DNA of 64,000 nucleotides from Bispira polyomma. Lineage: Eukaryota. The stretch's first letter is position 1. The number at the start of each line of letters is the position of its first letter. Below the pieces are notes generated by a model, which had not been told where the DNA came from, made no database searches, and was given only the letters and a program-made list of their open reading frames with translations. Positions 14,069-26,200 of this stretch are shown one piece after another. Made by a program: the position numbers and the translations under genes. The stretch is taken from the NCBI GenBank assembly GCA_965649765.1, contig OZ287751.1, forward strand, positions 79,236,001-79,300,000, written 5' to 3'.

Positions 14069-16925
14069 GTACCTTCTCTTAAAGAAGCCAGATTAAAAGT
14101 TGTGAAGCATGTTTTTTTTGTTCCTTACTCAAGCCTTGCTCCAATTGTCTCAAATGTCACAAATTTTGTCCCCCACCCCCCTGCAGGGGTCTCCTCCAGT
14201 TCTTTTTGGAACAATGGAGGTTACTGTAAGCCAGTCCTTGCACAGTTTTTTTTATACAAGCTGAATACTTACTTCCTTTTCAAAGGAAGCCCCCTCTTAC
14301 AAGTTCTCCTTAATTGAAACCCTTCAAGAAATACAGCCTTAAAGGACAGCATACAAACTTGATAGACAAACAAACAGTGGAGAAAGTCTCTACTCTAAGC
14401 TCCCTTGGTTTTTACAACCGCCTCTTCCTGGTCCCTAAACCAAATGGAAAGTAGCAGCCTCTTTTGGATCTCAGTTCATTAAACCTCTATCTCAAGGTCA
14501 AAAAGTTTAAAATGAAAACACTAGAATAAATCAGACTGTCCCTGCAAAAAAAATGAATGGGTAACCTCAATCGACTTTAGAATAGCATATTTTTACATCC
14601 CCATAAACAAAAGGAAAAAAATACATGAGATTCTATTTGAATGGGACACCATTCCAATTCAAGGCCCTACTGTTCGGCCTATCAACACCACCTCTGGAAT
14701 TTACCTTCCTGGTCAAGAAGGTAAAACTCATGGCACAACGATCAGGCATCCGGTTACACCAGTATAATAAGATGACTGGTTAATCAGAGCCCCATCCAAA
14801 AAAATCTGCTACCAACAGACTCAGAAACAAGTCTTATTAGTACAGAAACTAGGTTGGAGAGTGAACATGGATAAGTCGGAAATAATACCTAAACAAATCT
14901 TCGACTTTGTGGGTTATCATACGTCATCATACGACCTCCAATCTGGGCCGTGTTCACCCAACTCAAGAAAGAGGAAATTAGTAACTGACAAGATCAGGAT
15001 TCTGATTGCCAAAAGCCATTGCTCAGTTCGACGATTCATGTCACAGATAGGCCTACTCACGTCAACAGAGAAATTAATACCATCGTGCAGGCTTCACATG
15101 AGACCTCCCCAGTGGCACCTCAAGAACAATTGGCGTGTGCCAGAGTTCTTAGAAAAGAGAATCCCTCTTCCCTGAATACTCCACACCCACCTAAAATGGT
15201 GGTTAGACCCCATAAACTTTTTTCTCAGTCAACCTCTCCACCCTCTTTGATGTGCTCTGCAGATTTTTACATACGCCTCAAACGAATGTTTGGGGGCACC
15301 CATAGATGGGCACACAGTAAAAGGCAGATGGTCCGTACCAGAGAGGAAACTGAACATAAAGGTCCTACAACTAAAAGCGGTTCTTCTAGCCCTCAAAAAG
15401 TTCGAAAAAAAGGTGTCAAAACGAGACAGTGCTCATAGCCACAGACAACACCACAGTGGTGTCTTACATAAACAAAGAGGGGCATGAAATCAGCCTCCCT
15501 CTGTGCTTTCATGTGAAGACTCCTATCATGGTATAACCAGAGACAGATCACTCTCCAGGCAAGACACATCCCAGGTCACTTGAATGTGATAGCGAACAAA
15601 TTGTCCCGGTGCAACCAGATAATCCAGTTGGAATGGGCTCTATCCCCAGGGGTTTTCCGGAGGATAACCCTCAGGTGGCACTGCCCCAGTCTGTACATAT
15701 TTGCCACCAGGTTCAACAACAAACTTCCCCTGTTTGTCTCTCCGGTACCAGACTCGGCAGCCTGGGGAATAGATGCCCTAAGCCTTTCATGGGAGGATCT
15801 AGATTTCTAAGCCCATCCCTCCACAGCGTTGCTAGGAAAAGTGGTAGACAAAATTCTAAGCCACCGGTGCAGAGTCATTCTCATAGCACTGGGTTGGCCA
15901 GGGATGGTTTTGGGACCTGGTCTCCCTATCAACACAAATCCCCTTAAAGCTCCCCCTGTCACCGTCCCTCCTGAAACAACCATTAAACGGGACCCACCAC
16001 CGGGATCTCCCGGTTCTGAACCTACACACTTTCTTCCTAGAACATCTAGGATCAGGAAGCAGGGATTCTGTAAGAGAGTGGCAGGCAGCATTAAGGCTGC
16101 TGAAAGAGACTCAACTAGAGTCGTCTATGGAGCAAAGTGGTCCATTTTTGTTCGTTGGTGTGACCTACACAATGAGAACTTCTAGACTCCTATAAAACAA
16201 ATTGCTGATTTCCTAATGCACCTCTTTGAGGACCAGAAATTATAGCCTTTAACCATAGATGGTTAAGCCATTGCCGACAAAATAGGCAACTCGGTTGTCA
16301 ATATCTCCAACTCCTGGTGTAGGACTTTATATTGACATTTAAGCAAGAATTTAAGGTAAATTGTTCAATATATAATAATTGAATTCTCAAAAGTATTAAA
16401 AAATCATATACACTTACAACATACGATATTTCTGAAAGTAAATGTCCAGTAGTGGATCTATGGTCAAAGAAAAAGGCTTAATGTATGTATATTCCATTAT
16501 GAAAATCATATGTTAAATTTTGCCCTATAGTAATTGTAATCTAATTTATACTCAGCGCATATATCTACCTTCATCTAGTATTCATAGCACTGATTAACCT
16601 TTTCCTGACTGTGCCAGTTAACTGCCTTAGTTACAGTCATTCTTCTACCCAAAGAGAGAGGCTTGAGGACGACCATTTATCAATGTTCCCAAAGAACTTT
16701 AGTCTGTCACTTTATAATTGGTCAAAACTCTAATTTATAACAACTAGAATATTTAATTATGGGACAAACTAATTTTCGATTAAGTCTTTTAATTTTAAGG
16801 AAGGATAACTCTCATTTCAATGCAAAAATAATTATGAAGGTCAACAGTTTTTGGGGTTAGTTTTGTATCAGAAATGCACGTTATATCAAAGTTTGTTGAA
16901 AATCTTTTGTACGAAAAACAAAATA

Positions 16926-16950
16926 TCACGTGACTTTCCAACATGGCGGA
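16926..16950 (+). promoter_or_regulatory. CLEAR/E-box (TCACGTGAC) and YY1-like motif (AACATGGCGG) at the RELCH start codon
   Basis: TCACGTGAC at 16926-16934, 8 nt before the ATG; AACATGGCGG overlaps the ATG; a second GTCACATGAC at 17451-17460. Function is inferred. Confidence 0.45.
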
Positions 16951-17255
16951 TTCCCTGAACCCGTTTTTGGGGAATGACGATGATGTTGAAATAGAAACTA
17001 TTAAAAAGTCAGAGGAAGATAACAGCACTATTGGGGATAGCTCTGATCGCAATGCCTTAGTCGACCAAGAAAGTTTAAATTGGGATGCTGTCGCTTCCAA
17101 GTTACTAAAGGAGAAACTAATTTTGACAGCTTTGGAACTGCATTCCGAACTTGGCGAATCTGGGCGTGATCTTCCAAGATTACGGGATTTCTTTTCAAAC
17201 CCTGCAAATTTTGAGAGGACAAAGTTAGCTTCTGATATATCACCAAGTGGTCTGC
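16943..17255 (+). CDS. RELCH: RELCH exon 1
   Basis: MADSLNPF..SPSGL; donor C|GTAAGT, phase 1. Confidence 0.9.
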
Positions 17256-20200
17256 GTAAGTTATCTATTATTGCCTTTAACTTTAAGTATCCTCGCACCT
17301 CCAATTATCGATCACGTAAGCGGAATAATATATAAAATGTATTTTAACAAGTTAATATCTTTTTTTACCTCCTATTTTCTTAATTTTTGTTGGAGATTAT
17401 TGAAGTTTTGTTTTTATTTCGAAATGCCAAATGATCAACACTAAATTGCGGTCACATGACCTAGTATAAACCGGTTATTTTGTTGCTGATCGATAATAGA
17501 AAGTGATCGATAACAGGAAGTGTGACTATACGTCCTAAAGATGAACAAAAGTCTTCAGGAACATGCCTCGAATGAATTACGATACCCCTCCAATTATCGC
17601 TCAAACAATTATTTGTAAAACAAATCGTTAACTAGTGCTGTGTGTTGTAATTCGTGCAAAAATATGTAAATAAATAATTTTAGATTTTTTTTTTTGCAAC
17701 CGTTTAAGATTTGGGTCCCCGATTACCAGATGTTTCGACATTCGGTACATTTCGACCCTCTTTTATTTAGACGTGGTTACCGCGGCAATCGTCAGTTAGC
17801 TGTCTTATTGCTGTGGCACGAGCCCACATAAAACTGGAGATTTTTTAAAACAGAAAACAAAAAATGAAAAACTTAAAAACACTTGAAAAAAAAATTAAAA
17901 AAATTTTTTTAAAAGTTTTTAGAAAGCTCCAGTTTTATGTGGGTAACCACGTCTATCTTTTATTCAGATGATTCAACCATCATTTAGATTATTTTTCAAA
18001 TAGCTTTTACTTTTTTTTATTTACCTTTTTGACTCGTTTTTAGGAATTGTCAAAATCTAGGGACACAAGTTACTTAAAAAAATAAACCTAGCAAATAAAA
18101 CGCAGCAATGTCTTTTGGCATTTTCCCTGAACTGCTTATTTATATGATGGGGCAAGATATAAGGTAATGTATGTTGACGGTTCTTGCCGAGTCAAGGGTC
18201 AAAGTTTAATAACATCATTATCGCTCACATATACATGCTTCACTTCCGAGGTATACAGTCCGCAGATATAACAGTTAAATTATATATATATAGCTCTCTA
18301 CAAATTTGAAGAAAGCAACGTGTATATTATTATATTAGCATTAATAACTATTTTCTTTAATAAATATCCATTAAACTTAAGCGCTGGAAAATAGCAATTA
18401 TTGAAGCATATATATGAATATGATTATTACAAATTTTAGGTCGAACCTAAAAAAAAATCTGGTCGAAACGCCTGATAAAAAACAGGTCGAAATGTCGTGA
18501 AGGTCGAAAGATCTGGATATCGGGTCCCCGAACCCTAAGTTGTTAGTTTGAAGTCGGGTCTCCACATTGTAAACAAGCGGTTAGAAATCGGGTCTCTCAA
18601 GATTTTATTGAGTGAGAACAATGTGATACATATTAGTTAAGTTACATTTTTGCAAAGTAAAATGGCATCGAATTATTTAAACCCGTTAAAATAAAAGTTA
18701 TTTCATTAATAGTTGAAGGGATTCTAGTTGATATATATATCGGGCGAGGTTGTACGCCTTGAAAAAATTCCTGTTATCTAGTATTTTGGCTGGATGACAG
18801 GAACGACTAAATTCATAAAACTTTGTTTCGGGAAGTGATTTTTATCGATTTGGGTTTTTGTTGTATCAGTGTGACTAGCAAATATGAGAAGATATTAGGT
18901 AATATTTGATTAAATGTTCATCATTTTCTGAGATATGGTTAAAACTCACGAATTTACTAATGAAGCCAAGTATAACATATGTGGTATACAAGCACTTCGT
19001 CGACACAATTACTTGCAGACAGCAACTAGGTGACAATACTCTTTAAATCAAATATTACAAATTAATATAAGAAGACATGGTAAAATTATATACGTTATCT
19101 ATAATTATATGTAAATTATAATGTAATATATGTTGACGGCCCTTGCCGAGTCAAAGGTCACAATAAAAAACAAGGTTTGCAGATTTAACAATCTATCTAT
19201 CTATTAATTGATGAAAATTCATTAAAGGGTGATGACATTTATTAAAATAATAATTATATAATAGTTTCCGTGGTTTATTGTTTATAGTTATAGATATTAA
19301 TATAGGTATATATCATTAAATATGTCAGTGAGTCGATTTGTCGGTGACCTGCATGTAATTCATATATGTTTGCAGTTCTTGCTGAGTCAAAGACAGTTAA
19401 ATATCCTTTTATAGAAGTTTGTACTTCGCCTAATTTGCAAAGCATAAAATCGTTTTATTGTCGCTCACATACACCTGTTTTGCTTCACAGACTTTGAAAA
19501 ACAAGGCCCACATATTTGACTTAATATTTATCTATTAAAATGATTTTTACAAAAATAACAACAGGTATAATTAATAAAAAAATTCCGCTTCTTGAAGTCA
19601 ATTAATACATTCCCGGCACCCAACGTTTTCACTACATGCCAGGAATTTTTGCTATGGATTTCACCACTGTGTATATATTTATCAAGTCTGTGGCTGATAT
19701 ATAACTTTAGAAGCGAAATCTGTGTATGTGAGCGATAATGGAGTAGTTTTATGCAAATTTCACTGATCTACCATCATGAAGCACACTGACAATTAACTTT
19801 CGACTTCCATATGCATATTTAACTGTTTTTGACATAAAAGTAATCTTCCATGATGCCTCACAATAGAGTTTTTCCAGCATATATCCCATAATACTATGTA
19901 CTTCTTGTTTGTGTCAAATTACAACTTGTACTAGTTTGTAACACAAGACACAGTAGGTGAATTTCATTCTATTATAACTGTTGTGTAATGAAAATGACTA
20001 GTCATTTTGTTCTAAATATGGTATGAAAATATAATTTTGCTTGAGTAATAATTGATTGATATTTGGGAAATAAGATTATAATAGGGGTTTTACTGTAACA
20101 AATCATTGTTTTTGCCCAGTGCTGCAGTGCAGTAAGCTAAGTATGTTTTAATAACGTGTGCAAGTTATATACAATTATAGACTTTTTGTCTGATTTTCAG

Positions 20201-23200
20201 TGTAATTTACTACAACCATATATTGTAACAGGTACTTTAATGAACTTTGTTGTAATAATTACAGCCAGAACTAACAGTGTTCAGACCTTTGATTCATTGG
20301 ATTTTGCGAGATATTCAGATGATGGAGACAGGCAAGAAACAGAGAAAGTAGCAGGTACCTTTAAATTAATAACATAGCTACAAGGTTTTGCTAGAAAACA
20401 GTTAAACTATGGCTTCTCTTTAATTTCAGCATTGTTTTGTACATTCATAAAATTATTGATCCTTGCCGACTGTATTTAGGTATAAATTTCCTGTGGTAAA
20501 TCGCAAGCATTTCTATTAAAGTTGTCTTCATCACTTCCCAGTGTTATGTAAATGTGTGTAGGTTTAAAGTCTGATATCACCTTTATTGAGGTCTCAGCCG
20601 TCTTTACAGTTTACACCCCAGCCTGGGTTCTTGCACTTGTCAACCCCATGCGGCGCACAAAGACTAACACTCATTAGCAACCAGGTACCTATTTATACAT
20701 CTGGGTAGAGAGGGACTACTTTGTGTAAAGCATCTTGTTCAAGGGTACAATCTCCAGGCCTGCAGCGAGGACGATTCGAGGCTCTCAGATCCAAAGTATA
20801 ACACTCTAACCACTAGGCCACAGACACCACTGTTCTGTGTAAGTTTTACACCCTTTGCCCATTGGTTTCCTCTTAATGTACTACAGCTAAAACGTAACAC
20901 ATTTTAAGTGTTCAGCCAAACCATATAAATGATTCCAGTTTAAATTTTAATTCATCAAAGAAATGTTGAGAAAAATTGAGTGTAGACACAGAACTAAGAG
21001 TATGTTCTTGGAGTAAAGAATGAAAAGAATGAGTAGTCGTGTAACCTGGTCTAACTAGATATTCAGAGTAAAATAATTCTATGCTACTTTGCTTTCAGTT
21101 CTTGAATTTGAGTTGAGAAAAGCCCATGAGACAATAAAATCTCTCAGAGCTTCATTAACAAAATCTGCAGGTAAGTTTTAAATTTTGCTTCATACAATTT
21201 CTTTGCACAAGCAGAAATAAATTGGTAAAGTTATATTTAAAAATTAGCATGATTTCTCAGTTTTGTAACGTTGTTTAAGCTTGTGTCACATTGATTTGTT
21301 TTTATGTTGATTATTAGCTTCAACTTTATCAATTCTATAAAAAACCATGCTCAGATGTTGTAAGAACTGTAAGTATTATCCAGTTATCATTTTTAGCTCA
21401 AAACAAGTTTTAGTGTAAGATTTGTAGATTTTATAATGATAAGTTTTCAAAGCATTGTAACTATGACAGTTTGGTGTTTTGTTAAGTGATATGTGTTGTA
21501 GAACCAGAACTGCCTACTCCCAGTTCAGAACACGAAACTATAGAAGAGTCAACAACCTCAGACAACATCAAACCATATGAGAAGCGAGCCATTAGTTTTC
21601 TAGTCAATGAGTATCTACTTATATACGACTACAAACTGACTTCGGTCACATTTGCAGAAGAAAATGAAAATCAGGTGATTTGTACAAATATTATTTATTT
21701 TGTCTTCTTTTGAGAATGGCATATTAAATTTCTTATGTGAACTGTTGAATGATTTAACTTAGAAATCAACTAGATTTACCTAAAACAACACCAGCTGAAA
21801 GTTGTAGTGTAAAGAAAAGGTATAAACAGACTCTAAAGATTGTTATAAGTAGAAGTTTTCACAAAATATTTTCCAGCTACTGAATACTTAGAATTTATTT
21901 CTGGTGAATATTTAAACTTTTGCTAAATATTTATAGTAAATAGGCAGCATTGATAATAACAAATTCCAGTGCGATGACTTGATTATGTGACAGTTAATTC
22001 TTATTATAATTTCCACAATCGCATAGTATTTTAAATGACTGCAGGATTTTGAAGACTGGGATGATGTGGGTCTGAACATAGCTAAACCTCCAGACTTACT
22101 GCATCTCTACAGAGACTATGGACAGCATGTCATGCCTGATGGTAAACATTTTAAACATCACCTCATCTAATAACATGTGCCACTTAATTACAGCCTAAAC
22201 AAGTAAATAGAATGGCACAAAGTAATTGAAAGACTAGTTCTTGGTAAATTTTACATTTTGAAGATAAATTAGAAAAATGAATAGCAAGACACATGCTACA
22301 GTAGAACTGTCTTATATTCCAAACACAGTGGGTAATATTAGTACTTCAACACATGTTTGATAAAAAAAGTATTTGAAGATATATGTCTTTTATACATTGC
22401 ACTGATAAATTACGTATTTTCAGTGTTCCCTTTATATAGTGACTTAATTTACACATAGGGCTATAATTACAAGCACTTGCTTCAGTACCCAATAACTTCT
22501 CACCTTTGATAACATTGTGTTAGAACCCAACTCGGTAACCTTCATGTGGGATAGTTTGATAGGTACTTCCTATAGGACAGTGGTTTCCAGTATCAATTGT
22601 ACTGGTTTATTCCACCAGTAAATCTAGTCGTCACAATATTACCAAAAACTGCTGTAAAAACAATAATCAATAAAATATACACATAAATAGTAACCTCTAT
22701 ATAAAAAAAATTAAAAAGAAGAACAGAGCTGTACTTCAGTGCAATTAACCTTACAAACTTGACACTGATGTTTCAGAGAGTTGTGAGATGAAGGATGCTG
22801 AGTGTTATGTGGACCTCCAGGATGAAGACCTCACAAAGACAGTTGAGAATTTACACCGTGTTAATGAGGAACTGGTATGTGCAGTAAGGAAGTGCAGAAT
22901 TTTCCCACTTTGTATGGTTTTAGATAGACTATAAAAATGCCAACATGACATGTTAAAATTATTATCTTAAGTCTTGTAATATTCAAAATTAAATAATATT
23001 ACTGAAGGAAGTATATGCACTGTCAAAAACATTATCGTGGTAAAAAGTCTTGGCCATTCTCACTAGTGGTTCCAAGATTTTGCTGTACTTTTTTAACCAA
23101 TGATAATTAGCGACACCACTTATTATGTTAAATGAGGAGTTACTATGTGAAGAATTGGACAAAAGGACACATCATATAAACTGCTCCCCCATTTGATACT

Positions 23201-26200
23201 TATGCTTGTTCTTTGATTTAATATTAGAGTAATAATTATTGTGTACTTCATGGTTTTGAATGAATCTATTAATACTAGAAGGCTGCACATTATCCATTTG
23301 AGTAAAGTGATGTAAAGCATGTAATATGTATGTGAAAAATATTTAACTGAAAGATGTTTAACAATGGACTGTAATTTATATAAGGTATATATTGTCAAAT
23401 TCTCCCAAAAGTATATGGTGTACAGTATAACTATAGTGTATTCCTTTGTAAAGACAAACATTAAATAGTTATTGAATGAATTGCATTTCAGAGAGAAAGA
23501 ATAGGGGTTTTAGAAGATGAACTAGTTGCAATAACCAATGAAAACACATTCCTGACGACACAGATCAAACAGTATGAAAGGTACTGAGAATTAAGATTGT
23601 TAGAGCTTTGTAATGGTACAAAAGATGTGTTCCTGTATAATAGTATTTTATAAAAGGCATGATTCCATAAGTGCAGCGATAAATGTAGTGTAATGATAGC
23701 AAGTATTCAAATAGTATGGGTTCATAAAATTGAATATTTGGATAATGGAAGTTTGGATAATAGAGGTTTTACTGTATTTTCTGACCCATCCAGGGTGACA
23801 GCCAAGTCCAATGCTGAGTGGTCCTCCACTCCTATTGTGAGCCCAATTACAACTCCATCACAAACACCAGTTAAACCTGATAAACCAACCACAAAGTCAT
23901 CTACAGTTGTTATGTCAACACCTTCAAGACAATCAGAAGATGCTGCAGGTGACCAACTAGATGGCGTGAAACCACTGGAACAGGATTTAGGGGAACTGGA
24001 CTTGACAGCAGAGGAGATACAGGAAGTTCTAGATAAGAGGGACACAGCAAGTGGGGTTGTGATAAGGGATAGTACTACTACAAAGAGTAGTGAGGTCACA
24101 GGAAACCCTGAGGTAGGGACTGCTGCTGCATGTACGACAGGGGATTCCCTACAGGTGGAAATCGGAAGTGATGTCATAGATCAGAATGTGACTCTGGGGA
24201 TGTCCACTAGGGAGGATCCTATTGGTGGAGAAGTCTCTTCTTCAGGGATGCATGAATCATGGAGTCCAAGCACCAGGTGAGTGTAAAAAAATTGAAGACT
24301 AATGTGTCGGGTGTATCTGTGATCCTCGGTGGTCTAGTGGTTAGGGAGTGGGTCAGAAGGTCTTGGGTTTGACTCCCGGTACTGGCTGCTAGTTTTAGTT
24401 GGTGGGATAACATCCTTGGGCAAGACGCGTTTGCCTAGTGGCTTGGATGAACACCTAAAATGTTTAGTCCTCTTTCACTGAGTTCTATCTGCAGTGGCAG
24501 ATTAATGATCCTTAGGGACATTGATAAATTGTCATACTAAAGCCTAGGCGCCAGTAGTGGCTGTCCATGAGGAAGCGCATTTGATATGACCCTATGTTGT
24601 ATAAGTGCGCTATAACAAATATCATATGTTATGTTAAAGTCGAAGCACTAGGTGAGTGAAAAGACTGAACACTAATTGGTTGTATCTGTTCTGCAATCTG
24701 AAGTAAATCCAGATTAAGTAGAATGTTTTTACAGTAGAAAGCTAAAAGCTTTATGCTCTAAACTCTATGGGAAGGGCTTTGGTGATCTAGTTGCAATACA
24801 TTCGCCTCCCACCTCTGCCATTGTGGATTGGAATCTTGACCTTGGCGTCTATGTGGGAAAATTGGCAATATATTTGTTCGAAAGCAGGTGGTTTGCTTAA
24901 CAGATTGTCATGATTTCCTTTGGCTATTGATTAGGTTATTATTACTATTCCTGTCCACTATTACTTTAAATATAATAATATTCCATTGTAGGAACATGCC
25001 GGAATCTTTCCAGAAGGCATTACTGGATTTAACATTCCACACCGCAACCAGCAACCGGATTGTGTCAGAAGTGAGTCAGATCAACCAGCTCAGCAACCAC
25101 AACTATGTGATACTGATGTTAGGCAGGTGCTTGCCGCATATAGTACCCAATGTGATCTTAGCCAAGAGAGAGGTCAGTATAATACTGCTATAAGTTATAC
25201 AGTGTGCTAGTTCTGGGTCAGTATTCACAAAGATTCTTATATGCTTGAACTTTTTCGTTATTTATTATTTTATGTCCTAAGTTAAATTTGTTTTACCTAA
25301 TGCATTGCAATAACATATATGAATGTACCTTCAAAAGATTATGTGAATGTAGTGTCACCAGTTACAAGTTTAAACAAGTAATAAGATATGTTGACTTTTT
25401 AAAAAAGGCATATAGAATACATTAGATACATATATTAGAAACTGATGAAAGTAGCATATTTATAGAATGATAGTCAATATTCAACTTTAATTTATTTTGT
25501 CTGTTTTATGTATAGTCAATTTTCATTATTGATGTCTTTATTTTGTTCTAATTGATCATTCCCTCAAGTTTGATATTTGATAAATAACTTATATTATGTC
25601 TGTGGTGTAAACATAGGAATTGATTCCATTGATCGTCATAGCAGCCACATTACATCCAGATTCCAAACAGAGAGACCAGCTTCTGAACATACTGTTTAAC
25701 TTAATCAAGAGACCAGATGTGGACCAAAGGTACTGTCCACTAGTTAATTAATACACCTCAATAAATACTACAGAGATAGTCTCCACTGGGGCCACGGTGG
25801 CCTAGTGGTTAGCAAGCACTGCGCTTCACAATCACTGGTCTCTCACCTCTGGGCGGCCTGAGTTCGAATCCCGTCGATGCCTATGTGGGAAAGGTGATAG
25901 TTCCTTACTTGTGGACCGCTGGTTTCTCTGCAGAACCTTGACCGACTGTATGCAGTGTTTCCTTCAGCGTTTCCAAACTACCCGTCCCAATATAACCTAC
26001 TAAAAGGTACTAGAGTGGACGTTAAATATCCAAATTCAAATTCAAGTCTCCACTAGTCAATTAATACACCTAAATAAATACTACAGAGGTAGTGTCCACT
26101 AGTCAATTAATACACCTAAATAAGTACTACAGAGGTAGTCTCCACTAGTCAATTAATACACCTAAGTAAATACTACAGAGGTAGTCTCTACTAGTCAATT

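Larger units (their letters stand above)
6775..16320 (+). mobile_element. Decayed DIRS (tyrosine-recombinase) retrotransposon, interrupted by three nested insertions
   Basis: Gag-like pieces at 8250-9060 (GQRQGVCGHKMA; SFTPSQTKQLAKPVYKIR; LVLPARDAYMPLLKSNIRPDT). RT from ~14370 (SLGFYNRLFLVPKPNGK..DLSSLN, WVTSIDF). RNase H (LQLKAVLLALKKF; IATDNTTVVSYINK; ARHIPGHLNVIANKLSR). DIRS methyltransferase-like segment (EWALSPGVF..FATRFNNKLPLFVSPVPD..DALSLSW). Start of recombinase ORF (STRVVYGAKWSIFVRWC). Many stops and frameshifts; left boundary approximate. Confidence 0.85.

Noticed and set aside
16795-17304. 169-aa minus-strand ORF over exon 1 (likewise 23722-24177 over exon 8)
   Set aside because: Antisense shadows of real coding exons with no recognisable motif.
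25788-25875. tRNA-like A/B boxes (also at 24321, 31038, 39287, 20830)
   Set aside because: No complete cloverleaf; followed by SINE body, tail and TSD, so these are SINE heads and not tRNA genes.
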